Of a stretch of DNA of 64,000 nt, positions 1 through 14,799 are shown piece after piece; positions within the stretch are counted from its first letter, which is position 1, and every line of letters starts with the position of its first letter. Made by a program: the position numbers and the translations under genes. The notes under the pieces are model-generated. The model saw nothing but the letters and a program-made list of their open reading frames with translations. It was not told the origin of the DNA and did not search any database. The stretch is from Octopus vulgaris (Eukaryota), in the NCBI GenBank assembly GCA_951406725.2, contig OX597826.1, forward strand, positions 43,648,001 through 43,712,000, in the 5' to 3' direction.

Positions 1-24
1 AATCACTTCTTATATATTCACAGA

Positions 25-506
25 CAAAGCAGTGTGGTTAAGATTTGGCACACCTGAATGCGGGTTCAATCCCACTGCGCCTCATCTTGGACAAGTATCT
101 TCTTGTATAGCCCTGAACTGGGAAAAGCCTTGTGAGTGGAATTGGTAGGCGGAAACTGTGTGGAAGCCAGTCATTTATCTCTTTCCTCCCCCTCTCTCTC
201 TATATATACATATATATACATATAAGTATAAAAATAAAATAAATGCGCCCTTTAAAAGCCTAGCCAGGCTCATGGGCCCGGTTTCCCGGCTCCTATGGCG
301 TATGTGTTCACCCGCTGGACGGGACGCCAGTCCATCTCAGCGTTACTGAATTTTGCCAGCTGAGTGGACTGAAGCAACGTAAAATGAAGTGTTTTGCTCA
401 AGAACATATCGCGTCGCCCGGGCCAGGAATCGAAACCACAATCTTACGATCATGGTGCCGACAACCTAACCACTAAGCCACGCGCCTCCAGACATGTGTG
501 TGTGTG

Positions 507-568
<62 letters not shown>

Positions 569-860
569 GTGTGTGTGTGTGTGTGTTGTGTGTGTATATA
601 TATATATACACACACACGTGTGTGTGAATGTGTGTACATTTATGCATCTTGTATATGTATGTATGTGTGTTTTTGTCGAACTGCAGCACTTGTCAACCAA
701 TGCTGGTTTGTTTACATCTCTAAAACATAGCAGTTCATCTAAAGTGTCTGACAAAATTAGCGCCAAACTTCAAAAATAAGTAGTGGCGTCGATTTGTTCG
801 ACTAAACTCTTCATGGCAGTGCCCCAGTATGACCACAGTCCAATGACCAAAACAAAAAAA
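25..860 (+). mobile_element. Family-A tRNA-derived SINE (CORE-like, internal microsatellite), split by a nested family-C SINE
   Basis: The 5' part (gtgtggtaag...gggttcaatcccactgcg...cttggacaagt) at ~25-170 and the 3' part (caaccaatgctgg...gactaaa...ccagtatgaccacagtc) at ~690-860 match the full copies at 16048 and 19184. Confidence 0.7.
244..490 (-). mobile_element. Family-C tRNA-derived SINE
   Basis: Minus strand starts ggaggcgcgtggcttagtggttagg (A-box) and includes ggtttcgattcc (B-box). Near-identical copy at 49795-50024. Confidence 0.85.
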
Positions 861-1039
861 AAGGTAATAGGGTAACTGATACTTTACCATTTCGTTGGAG
901 CCCTAGCCACACGCTATTGATTGCCACAGTAGCTAACTCGGTCAGCTTGATCTAAAGTCAAGTGAGTGAAAACTTCTATTCTGTTTATCGGATTATTCAT
1001 GAACGGATGTACAGGCAAACACACATATTCTTGTGTGTG

Positions 1040-1348
1040 ATGTATGTATGTATGTATGTATGTATGTATGTATGTACGTATGTATGTATGTATGTATGTA
1101 TGTATGTATGTATGCATGTATGTATGTATGTATGCATGCATGTATGTATGTATGTATGTATGTATGTATGTATGTATGTATGTATGTATGTATGTATGTA
1201 TGTATGTATCTATCTATCTATCTATCTATCTATGCATGTATGTATGAATGCATGTATGTAAGTACTATGTACGTACGTATGTATATTTGTGTGTATAGAA
1301 ATATATATTTGTATACAGATCTATCTATCTATCTATCTATCTATCTAA

Positions 1349-1395
<47 letters not shown>

Positions 1396-1441
1396 ACTAT
1401 CTATCCATTCGCCTATCTATATACCGATTTCTTTCATTCTT

Positions 1442-1480
<39 letters not shown>

Positions 1481-1490
1481 TTATATATAT
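1040..1490. repeat. Compound microsatellite (TATG)n/(TATC)n/(CT)n
   Basis: Directly visible; representative of dozens of such arrays in the window. Confidence 0.95.
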
Positions 1491-1495
1491 ATATA

Positions 1496-1600
1496 CTTTA
1501 TTTTAAGCACCAGATGCTGCTTAAAATAAAGCATATTACTCTACCACTGGTATTTGAGTACTCTTTTTTCCACCTTGTTTCACATTTATGTGTTTACTCC

Positions 1601-1602
<2 letters not shown>
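1496..1602 (+). mobile_element. Short foldback insertion between (TA)n tracts, putative truncated Penelope-like element end
   Basis: 14-bp inverted arms ctttattttaagca (1496-1509) and tgcttaaaataaag (1518-1531), then a tail containing taccactggta, flanked by TA repeats. Confidence 0.5.
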
Positions 1603-1638
<36 letters not shown>

Positions 1639-1789
1639 CGCACATACTCACACACAAACACTCACACACACACATATACACACACAAACACTCACACACA
1701 CGCACACATATGTATAAAGAGAGAGAGAAACGGAGAGAGAGAAAGAGAGTTAGAGATAAATAGAGAGACAAAGAGCGAGAGCGAGAGCA

Positions 1790-1824
<35 letters not shown>

Positions 1825-2864
1825 AAGAGAGCGGGCTATGTACGTAAACACACACATATATGATTTATTCAAATTTTCATATTCGTAAAGATCTTCACGT
1901 TCCCAATCAATAGACACACAAAACGGGTTTAAGGAGATGTTTGGGTCTCTGGTCGTAGTCATATTTTAAAATACTAAAGTTGTTCTTCTCTACAAACAAC
2001 AGATTTGTTAAGTCAATATGTTGCCTATACATGACAGCTGAGTGTGCTGTAACTGTGTTAAGGTTGCCTTCAGTAGCTTCCTTCCTAGACAGCCTGTCTC
2101 TTGTTATGTGGACGTATATGCTTAACTCTAGTGAGATATAGGTATGTGTAAAGCGTGGAGTAATGTTCATGTTAGGCTTTTATTTTACTTAATGGCTTCT
2201 AGAAACGACGTTGACTTTGGAAGAATTGAACATTTTCCGGCAAGGTAACAAACATGATTGATTCCAGTTGTAGTTGGACTTGTTTTCTGCGTGACAAAGA
2301 AAGCATTTGTTTGGTATTTGCTGACAGCTAAGGTAACATCTTGCACGAAAACGAATCTTTCTTGTACTTATTCTGTCTTACTTTGTGAAGTTTACTTCAT
2401 TTGTTCTATAACAGAGACAAATGCATCTAAGTTTTATATAAAACTTTAGCCATTGGAATTAAGTTATACATTTTAAAATTCTAAACTAAGCAGAATTTGA
2501 CATGCAAACGAATAATAATTTTCTCAAAGAAATAGGCAAAAAATCTTACGTTTTATAAGGAAAGACATATAAGATCGAGTCTGGTGTATGCCTTTGTAAG
2601 AGGCGTTACTGACCTCTGTGAAGAGAAATTACTCTTAACAGGTAATCGTATATATGTAGATTTTCATCTACTACTGCACCGGACACCAAGGCCAACAAGG
2701 TCAGACACAAAATATTAACATTAATTAATTTGACTTAATCAATATCAATGTCATTAAATTTATAGCAGTTCAATTTCAATTGATTAAGCGAAACGACTTC
2801 CGCCATTAAGAAACAAATAGTCAAATATGGCTTTACGGTTTGGTATGTTCTTCACAAACCAAAA

Positions 2865-4133
2865 TATTCTTTCTAACTTTGGCGCAAAGCCAACATACTT
2901 GAGGGAAGGAGAAAGTCGATTACATCGACTCCAGTACTTGACTGATACTTACTTTATCGAATCCCGAAATGACGAAGGGCAAAAACGACCTCGGTGGAAG
3001 GAGTCAGAAGAAATATCGCTAAGCCTTTTGTCTAACGCTCTAACACTACCGCTTAATAATAAAATTATTTCAAATTTTGGTATAAGGCTGGCAATTCTAG
3101 GGGTAGAAGGGTGTAGATTACATCGACTCCAATACTTGACTGGTACTTATTTTCTTGACCGCGAAAAAAGATGAAAGGCAAAGTAGACACCGGTGGCATT
3201 GGAACCCAAAATGTAGAGCCGGGAAGAAATGCTGTTACGCATTTTGTCAGGTGTGCAAACGATTCTGCCAGCTCACCGTCTTTTAATTCTTTCTACTATA
3301 GACACAAGGCCTGATATTTTGGGTTAGGGGACTAGTCGACTATATCGACCCCATTATTTGATAGGTGCTTATTTTATCGATCTCGAAACGATGAAATGCA
3401 AGGTCGACCTCGGTGGAATTTGAACTCAGAAGGAAAAGACGGATGAGATGCCGTTAAGCATTTGGCCCGGTGCGGTAACGATTCAGCCAACTCGCTGCCT
3501 TTACCCATCTAAATACTGATTTCAAATTGAGGCACAAGGCCAGCAATTTCGGGGGAGAGAGTATTTATTTTATCGCCTCCCTCCAAAAGGTGAAGGGCAA
3601 TGTCAACCTGGGCAGTATTTGAACTCAGAACGCAAAGACGGACGAAAGGCTGCTAAGCATGTTGTCTGGCGTGCTAACGATTCTACCTGCTCGCTGCCTT
3701 AATACTCCAAAATATTCTTTTCTACTTTAGGCACAAGGCCCGAAATTTTAGGGGAGGGGGACAGTCGATTAGATCGACCCCAGTATGCAACTAGTACTTA
3801 ATTTATCGGTTCCGAAAGGATGAATGGCAAATTCGACCTGGGCGGAATTTGAACTCAAAACGTTAAGACAGACGAACTACTGGTAGGCATTTCGTCCGGC
3901 GTGCTAACGTTTCTTATTTCTTTACTACCCAGAAGGGGCTAAACACAGAGAGGAAAAACGGATTAAGTCGATTATATCGACCCCAGTGCGTAACTGGTAC
4001 TTAATTTATCGGCCCCGAAAGGATGAAAGGCAAAGTCGACCTCGGCGGAATTTGAACTCAGAACGTAACGGCAGACGAAATACTGCTAAGCATTTCACCC
4101 GGCGTGCTAACGTTTCTACCAGCTCGCCGCCTT
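2865..4133 (-). mobile_element. Head-to-tail cluster of about six family-B SINEs (tRNA head plus Meta-like core)
   Basis: Repeated atcgaccccgaaaggatgaaaggcaaagtcgacctcggcggaatttgaactcagaac and gctaacg...ccagctcgccgcctt, separated by A/T-rich tails. Confidence 0.85.
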
Positions 4134-4641
4134 GATACATCAAAATATTGAAATATCAAATGAAGAGGTATACTTAAAATACTTTAGTTGTTTGCAGAAG
4201 AAAAAGAACTAAGAGTTAACTGATGGCTTATAAATGTTTTTTGGGAGCGGAAAATGCGGGTTTAGTTTCTTTTGCTACGTAATAAGAGAGAGAAAAATGG
4301 TAGTATAAAATGAAAGCTTTAACTAAAGGCTTGCAAAGCAGGATATTGTATAGGGCGGGAAGTGGTAAAAATAGGAAAAGCAGAACATTGACAATGATTA
4401 CGCATGCATATTTTATAAGATATAATTTTAATTTTATTGTTTTCTTTCGCTTGATTAGTGTGTTTCCGTATACTTTTACCTTAACACACACCACTCACCC
4501 ACATAGATACGCTCCCAGACGCAAACATATACTCACACTCGCGCAAACGTGCGCACGCGAATATCTGAAAAAATGTTAAGCTAGTTTGAATTTGATTATA
4601 TTAAATGAGAACTTGAAAACGGGTGTATGTGTGTTTATACT

Positions 4642-4702
<61 letters not shown>

Positions 4703-4712
4703 ACGCACACAC

Positions 4713-4778
<66 letters not shown>

Positions 4779-6689
4779 GTATTCAGTTCCAAACTTGTAC
4801 CGGATTATCCGTTTTGTTGGATTGCAATAAGTCACATAATACTTCAGTGTAAATTTCTTGGAGAAATGGCAATTTCGTTAACAAATCACCACAGCACATT
4901 TTTGTTTATTCACTCCAAGCATATTCCTAATGTAGAAACACGCTCCTTGCAAATAATGCTGTAACTGTTTAAAGCGAAATATAATGCAACAGGTTGAAAT
5001 TCTAGTATCTTGGCAATTTGTACCAGAACCTCCTAACTAGTAGAACCCTTTCCTCCTGGCTTTTCTGATCCGAAGGTACCTTCCTCCTGAATTCATTCCT
5101 CAAACATAACCGTTTAGGATCTATTGTTACCTTTTCTCTTTATATTCATGAAATAGGATCTTCTCCCTGGTAGACATTAAGTTCCTACAGAACATGGTCT
5201 TTATATTTGTCTTTCGAGAGGAAGTTACGCAGGAGGTGAACGCACTTTTAGATACGTTAGCCTTCATATAATTATAGATAAAGCGTTGAGAGCGGTTTTT
5301 GAAGTCTTCATAATATGTTTCTAGCAAATAAGTAATATGAAACAGCATAGCCTAGTGGTTAAAGCGTTGGGTTGTGATTGTTAGATCGTGGGTTCGATTC
5401 TGAGCCTGGTTAGCATATTGTACTCTTGAGTAAGACGTCACATTTCATGTTGCTCTCGTATAATCATCTGAAAGTAAGTACCAATGCCACAGACGGGTGT
5501 AACGTATAGAAGGAAGTCTTGTACTTTCAAACTAAACACTTTGAAAATTCACATAATCTCTGGCCTCAGAATAAATCAAATAAGAAATGGAGCCTCTCAA
5601 AGGTTTCGTATTAAAAGTTATTAATAAATAACGATAATTAATTTGCTTTAATCAAATAATTACAGGCGGATACAGAGAATTGATTACACTGCTGTAATAC
5701 TTCCTCTTCCAAAGCAACGCAGTACATTTAATCGGAAATTTGTAGAAAAGGTGGGCTGCTTGGATTTTTGAGAGTGGCCTCGGAGGCTTGAGGTGATGCA
5801 GATAATTGGAACTCCCAGGTTATTTTAAGTTTAAGGAATTCGAAAAGCTAGACGACTGCACTAAGACTCATTATTCTTGCCTGTGCCATGAGCTTTTCTA
5901 GTTTTGTTTTGCATGTATCGAATGACAATTCACTAGTTCTTGTACTGACACGAAGTCACGTTGCTCTAGTGGTTTAGTTAGTTCATAAAACTCAACTTAT
6001 CAATAAGTAATGCCTTTAGTTATATTATTATTTTAATTGTCAGTAACATTAATTTTCTTCTTCCGGGGTCCATAACTATATCTAAAAAATCGAGATCCAT
6101 AATAATTATATACCCAACAGGAAATGCTTAGGTAACATTCATTCCATCGACAAAATTTCTTTCCTTTAAGCCTTGCAATATCCTTAGCCTTACTTTCAGA
6201 AAGATTTTTTTTTTTTGCATACTCAAGTAAAAGATTACTACTCTCTTTTTATACAACATTACATTGTCAGTATTTCCATAGTTTGCATTTTCACACTTCG
6301 AGGTAAGCCATTACTTAAACCTTAACCTTTTTTTTTTAGTGTGGACAGTATTTGCTTTTCTAGGTGGGCTTTGATGAAGGACGTTACCACCACAATTATC
6401 ATTTATTTGCATAAGTAGAACTAAGCTTTCCTATAATCCTTTCGGAGTCAATAAAAATGTAACGACCCAGAGCAGTTGGATTGCGGATTTGTAAAAATGT
6501 CGGACCGAATACCTTGAGACTCTTTGTATTTCGAGTTCAAATTCCGTCATGTTCTAACTGGGTTGTCGAGTGAATCTGTTACTTTAATTAAGGCCACCAT
6601 CTGGCACCTTGAAGTATTAGAACCAAGCGTTCGGTTTGAAGATTCCTTACTCCTTCTTTCCCATTAGTCTCTTGACTAAAAACTTAATA

Positions 6690-7757
6690 ATAATCCTTTC
6701 TATTAAAGGCACAAGGGGAATGGACTAGTCGATTACATCGACCCCAGTGTTTCACTGGTATTTAATTTATCGACTTCCAAAAGGATCAAAGGCAAAGTCA
6801 ACTTCGGCGGAATTTGAACTCAGAACGTAAAGACAGACGAAATGACATTAAACATTTCGCCTGGCGTATTAACGATGCTCGCCGCCATTTTAATAATAAT
6901 GATAATTCTGTCTACTATAGGTATAAGACCATGAATTTTGGGAGAGGGGACCCAATCGTCTACATCACCCCAGTGTTTCACTGGTACTTATAATAATCAC
7001 TGGTAATAATAATCTTTTCTACTAGAATTTGTGTGGGTTGGGATTACATTGACCCCAGTATTTGACTCCTACTTAATTTATCGACGCCGAAAGGATGAAA
7101 GGCGAAGTCAACCTGGCGGATATTGAACTCAGAACGTAGCGTGGGGTGAAATACATATTTCTTTACTACCCACAAGGACTAAACACAGATAGGACAAACA
7201 AGTACAGACAAACGGATTAAGTCGATTATATTTACCCCAGTGCGTAATTGGTACTTATTTAATCGACCCCGAAAGGATGAAAGGCAAAGTCGACCTCGGC
7301 GGAATTTGAACTCAGAACATAGCGGCAAACCAAATACCTATTTCTTTACTACCCACAAGGGGCTAAACACAGAGAGGACATACAAGGACAGATACACGGA
7401 TTAAGTCGATTTTATCGACCCCAGTGCGTAACTGGTAGTTATTATTTCGACCCGAAAGGATTTAAAAGGCAAAGTCGACGTCGGCGGAATTTGAACTCAG
7501 AACATAGCGGCAGACGAAATACCTATTTCTTTACTACCCACAAGGAGCTAAACACAGAGTGGACAAACAAGGACAGACAAACGGATTAAGTCGATGGCAT
7601 CGACCCTAGTGCATAATTTGTTCTTAATTTAATCGACTCCGAAAGGATGAAAGGCAAAGTCGACCTCGGCGGAATTTGAACTCAGAACGTAACGGAAGAC
7701 GAAATACGGCTACGCATTTCGCCTGGCGTGCTGACGTTTCTGCCAGCTCGCCGCCTT
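6690..7757 (-). mobile_element. Family-B SINE cluster including a ~184-bp-period nested array of the LINE-tailed variant
   Basis: The tail tatttctttactacccacaagg starts at 7156, 7339 and 7524. Each is followed by a SINE body, and a single tRNA head ends at ~7757. Confidence 0.9.
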
Positions 7758-8129
7758 TGAGGCCCTTCTTGGTTTGTAGACAATTTTTTCATCAAATTTT
7801 ATGTTGAGAATTTCCATGACGGTTCTTAAAACTTTAGTAGCCATCCTTCTCGGTAATCACCTTTAATATTCCGGTTTAATTTCTTTACAGTACAGTTATA
7901 AGTAGAAGTAAAATAGGCGAGAAATCTCTCTAAAACACTGGAGCTGCAAAACACATCAGAATCTAAGTATTGAAGTGATGGGAAATGACACACTAGCGTC
8001 GCCCTGTGGCCACCCAGTTAAACTTGTCTGCTGGGCCATGGGATATTGGATAGTGCAGTGTTTGTTTATAATTATGTGTAGCTTAAAAAGATAACCGACC
8101 GTCAGATGCAAGGAAGTCGGTGGTGTACA

Positions 8130-8830
<701 letters not shown>

Positions 8831-10149
8831 TTAGAATGTGTATGCTTAAGTGTGCGTATGTATGTGTTTGTGTTCCTGAGTAGTTTGCAATCGCCTAGAT
8901 TATCAGAGTTAATTTGCGTAAATGCCAGAGGCGTACACACTTAAAAATTACAATGTTAGATTAAAAAGAAAACTATCAAAAAAAAAATTGCTTATTGTAT
9001 GTAAATTATCCATTTAAAAATTATTGTAATTTATTATTATCTTATAAATGTTCATAGCGTCGTTTCGTAGCCCAAGTTCTCTCTACTTTGTACTTTAATG
9101 TGTAATAACCTCAGTCAGTTACAAAGTCTCATAATGGTGGAATAACGCGCAGTATTTAACTACAGCTAGTTGGAGGATCGGTTTATCGAGATACGTGTCG
9201 TCTGTCACAATATGTAAACTACTAACAAGTCGAGTGAGAGGCTGGTTGTCTAGCACTATGTCGATTACACCCTCCTTTTCCCTTTTAGTCTCTGTATTCT
9301 CTCACTTCCATTCGATTTTATCTCACCCCCCCCCCCCCCACCTACCACTACGAACTCCATCACGTACTACTGTCTCGAACTCACTGGAATGTAATATTAA
9401 CAGTTACGCATTCTTAGTAGAGATTAGAAAGCTCTGGACCGGAAGCGTTGTGCCGGAAGCGATGTGTCAGAAAATGTGTGCCTGAAATCATGTGCTGGAA
9501 GCCGTGAGTGAAAATATATCAGCAATATGTGGCTAAACAGAATATAGCCCAATTTGCACATCACGATCTTCGTTCTCCATGGCACATCGTCAATAAATAT
9601 TACAGAGGAAGTTGTATATTATTGATGAATGTATTAAAAGCATTGTTAAAACGAGTAAAATGAAATAGCTGTAATAGGTGTTCGCACATCGGTATAACTC
9701 ATGGCTTAATGGTTAGGGTGTTGTACTTATGATAATAAAATCGAGACGTAGTTTCGATCCTCGTACAGAGTAATACGTTCTGCAGCTTTTTTTTTTTAGC
9801 AAACTATTTCAATTTTATATGGCTCCAGTCCACTCAACTGTAAATGAGTAATCCTGCAATGGATTGGCGTTCTATTAAAAAGAATGTTGTGATCTCGGTC
9901 ACTTATATAGCGTGTATGTGGAAACCCCATGGGTTACAGGATTCGAAATAGTAATGTCCAGGCGCTTGGTGATGATAATAATGTATCTGTAACAGATACT
10001 CGGATTCCATGTACTACAATAAGGATTTCTCGCATGGGCAAAGATTACTGATTTTACATAAGACGAGTACAAATATTAGAATTATCCTTATTATATTATA
10101 GAGTCATCCTTATAGTGGTGAACTAGCAGAATGGTAAGCATTCCTTAAT

Positions 10150-10678
<529 letters not shown>

Positions 10679-11552
10679 CTAACAACATCAATGATACCGG
10701 AGGGTCTGCAAAGATTTGTGCTCTAGCCCTTCATCCAAGCTCAGCAAATTAAAATTAAAAATAGCAGCTATCATATTCTTCGAGAAATATTTCATTTGCA
10801 GTTGAAACTATGACTTAAATAAGCCATAAGTAAGAAGCAGCAGTTGTTGCACGATGTAGAGAGATAAAAGCAGCCACAAGTTATATGGGTCTTCATACAG
10901 AGAAATCAGCAGTGGTTTCTTTCTTTAGCCTCCAGCATAAAATCTCTCAACTTATGTAGGATACCAATGACAGACTGAAGCAGACAAATAACATTTATTT
11001 CTATTACTAACCTCGATTTTCTCATTGAATACTACTAAGGTAGCAGACTGATTATAGCAATCTGATTAACGGTTACCTTTATTTTTAATCCATTTCGTTC
11101 CATATTAATGGAGGATGCAGTTAACTTTAAGTATTAAAAATTAGTAAGATTATATTATAAAATTTCTGCGTATAAATTATGTTAATGAGCTTCTACTACA
11201 TATTTGCAGTGATGTTAGCTATGACGACGATGACGTTTTCGAAAGGAAGCTAAATTTCGGATATAATTTAAAATTGCCTGCCAGATGAAAGGTATTCGAA
11301 TAATCTAATGGATGATCTGGAACGCTGATAGGAGCATGGTAGGGTGCCATTTGCTGGTACTAGAAAACAATTAGAACTTTAGAGGAAATTAAAATTAAAT
11401 AAGAGAGCGAAACACACACACATATGCCTATAAGTATACGCCTCTGTCTTACACTTATTCACTCTCTCTGTCTCTCTCTGCCTGTCTGTCTCTCTATACA
11501 CATATGCATGCGTACACACATATATGTATGTATATACATATATATGTATATC

Positions 11553-11585
<33 letters not shown>

Positions 11586-11646
11586 GTATATATATATAAT
11601 ATATATAATATATATAATATATATAATATATATATTATATATATAC

Positions 11647-11695
<49 letters not shown>

Positions 11696-12404
11696 CATAT
11701 ATATACATATATATATGTACACACACACAAACATTCATAATGCAAATACATATATGTGTGTATATATACATGTAACTACACACACACACACATATATATA
11801 CATACATGTATAGATGAATTAGTTAACTCACCATGTTATTTAAGACAAATTTGAGAAGTCCACGTTGACAATAGACTAAGGGTCTAGAAATTAGAAGCCA
11901 ATTAACGAAGAATTTCTGAACTCACCATTGACAACATGAGCTAATTTATTCTATATTAAATCTCCCTCTAGAATTATTTTTGGTACCATACAGCTTCTGT
12001 GTCATTAGAGTCAGACGTACTGTCGTATTATTACTTGGAACATAGTAACGTATCAAATTTCATAATGAAGGAATTAATAAGGATAAAAATATAATTGTTC
12101 TTTAGGATAATGGGTTATTTAGTAAAAATAATTTGTCCAAATTCTCCTACTACAACACTGACAAATTTTACAACACTTTACACCGTATTCCTAAAATATA
12201 TGCCATCGTGATTTAGGGATTTATCTACAAGTGTTTATCTCCCTTGCGATATCCTACCACGTGTTCATATAACAGAAACCTCTCTGCTCTAACTCTCATT
12301 CTTTTAGAAACTAAAGACAAACGAATATGGCGTAATTTCTAATGAGAAAAATAGCAACAGACATCAGAACATCAACACTATTAACACTTCGTTTTATTTT
12401 TTTA

Positions 12405-12724
12405 TTTTTCTTGTTTCAGTCAATGGACTGCGGCCATGCTGGGGCGTCGTCCTTGTATGGTTTTAGTCGAAAAAATCGATCTCAGCGCTTATCTTTTTTA
12501 TCGGTGTCTATTGCCTAAACGCTAGATTACGGAAAAGTAAAGAAGACAATACCCATTGTTAAGCGGTGCAGGTGAGTAGAGAAACACAGACACGAAGACA
12601 CAAAGATATAAGCCCGTACATACATGCATAAATAGTGGTACTCTACAAAAGTATAGAGTAGCCCATCAAATTAATGCTAATGGAAGATTGCTTTTATTAT
12701 AACTGAACATAGAAAGAAGCAGTA

Positions 12725-12758
<34 letters not shown>

Positions 12759-13092
12759 GCTCAGGAGGGGTTGTGTTGTAAGTAGCTTGCTTACCAGCCA
12801 CATGGTTCCTGGTTTAGTACCACTGCGTGACACCTCACGCAAGCGACTTCTACTATAGTCTCGGGCCGACCAGGAGCCTTGTGAGTGGATTTAGCAGACG
12901 GAAACTGAAAGAAGCCCGTCGTATATATATATATAACTGCTTCACAGTTTCCGTCATCCAAATTCACTAACAAGGCATTGGTCGTTCCGGAGTTATTGTA
13001 GAAGAGACATGTCCAAGGTATCGTGCAATGGTACTGAACCGGAAACAGCGTGGTTGTAAAGCGGGCTTCTCAACTACGCAGCCATACCTGCA
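12405..13092. mobile_element. Minus-strand family-A SINE with a plus-strand family-A 5' half (12757-12933) nested inside
   Basis: 3' part at ~12405-12610 and 5' part at ~12937-13092 on minus; plus-strand head in between. Confidence 0.7.
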
Positions 13093-14799
13093 CCTCAAAA
13101 CGAAAGATTTCTGTTCAGCGAAATGTCAATATCTTTTAACAAAGACACGTTGGATAGCGCATTTCAAGACAAACTTTGTCTGCAAACTAGACGGGATAGT
13201 TACGGTAGAAACGCTTTTGATGTTTGGACCTTCCCAATTAGCGCTGGTACGGAGCTAAATAATAACAACAACTACAAAAACAATACCGACAGTCTGCCAG
13301 TTTTCATACTTAAAAGCAGCGCCTGTTGGCAATAACAATCTGCTACAAATAGAATAAATTAAGTAGTTAATAAGGAAATACCGGAAAACGTTGTCTCATT
13401 ATAAACACTCGAAGTAGAGAAATGTTTTTGCGACAGTATTAAACTACATCACAATCTATTACTGTATTATATTATATAATATATTACATTACTTCGTTAC
13501 ATTATATAATACAGCCTTACATTACTGTATTATATTGTATAACATAGTGTATTACTGTATTACATTATATAATTCAGCTTTATATTGTATAGCACAGTGG
13601 TATATTGTGTATCATTGTTGTATAAATAAAAATATAATTATAGGATATCTGAAATCTGTTACATCTCAGTTTTCCAGTTATCTCTGTTTGAATATAATCT
13701 GGTTAACAATAAATACTGAACAACAATAACTGTAGCAGCGACAACAATAACAAGAACAATAATTGCAACAACAACAATATAATCTGCAATAATGACGGTA
13801 GCTGCAACAATAACAACAACAATAGCTGCAACAAGGATAATAATTGCAATAACAACAAAATCAACAATAATAACGACTGCAACAACAAGACGAAGAAACA
13901 ACTGGAAGCTCAAACATTCTGGCTGCGTTACAAGTTCGTTGTGAAACGAAGCATTTAATATTATGAAAGAAACAATCGAAGCAGTTTTTAAGAAGGAATG
14001 TTTGAGATGGCGGAATATTGGTATAATTGGTGGTGGTGTTGAGGCAGAAAAATACTATTTCAATGGAAGTAACAACACATTGAAACACCACATAAGACAC
14101 TGCAACCAATATACTTCATCTACATTTATTATTCCATCACAATGCTTTCGATAACAGTAACAACGGTGACAAACAAGAGCAATAACAACATGTCGGACAA
14201 CGATGACAAACAGCTTCCCGTTCTTTCCATGCATCTGCGTCCATTTTGGTCTAAATTAGCTCATTCTGAAATAGGCAGAAATGGAAGGTTTAAAGCTAGT
14301 AGAGCGGTGGTGAGATAAAAATCCCGTTTTAGACAATATGCATATAAATATATTTGATCATCCAATTTGATGGTTAATATTCAATTGCAAATGTTAAATG
14401 AAATGGCCCCAGAACCAGGAGTTATTAACATTTTTGAAATGGTCCAAAAGTCAAGGGTCATTATCACCGATGATAAATTCATTTGTTACGTTATACTTTA
14501 TTGGTCGTTTCTTCACTCTTTGCATGTCCTGTGATATGCAGAACATATTTCCCTGGTGTCCATGCATAATATATAATATTCATTTCTAATTTTTGCTAAC
14601 CACTAGAGAAACTTAAGAGATGTGAAAAGAAGGCTGTATATTACTTAGAATATGTGAAACAAGGGCTTACTAAAAGTCTATAAACAAGCATGGACGTCTG
14701 GGACTAACTTATGAAAATGCTTATGACACAGCCAGATGGTTAACATTGTTAAACTTTGAAAGCGAGTACGATCAATTATTAATATTTCAGTATATATAT

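Noticed and set aside
394-1855. Many ORFs of [16 protein letters not shown] or YLSI type here and throughout the window
   Set aside because: They are translations of microsatellites that lack stop codons; no protein signal.
7040-7757. Regularly spaced repeats as a CRISPR-like array
   Set aside because: Whole units are homologous SINE segments with no unique spacers, in a eukaryotic context with no cas genes.
13880-14154. 63-aa ORF MKETIEAVFKKECL as a possible exon
   Set aside because: No recognisable motif or convincing splice context; it lies among (AAC)/(AAT) low-complexity sequence.
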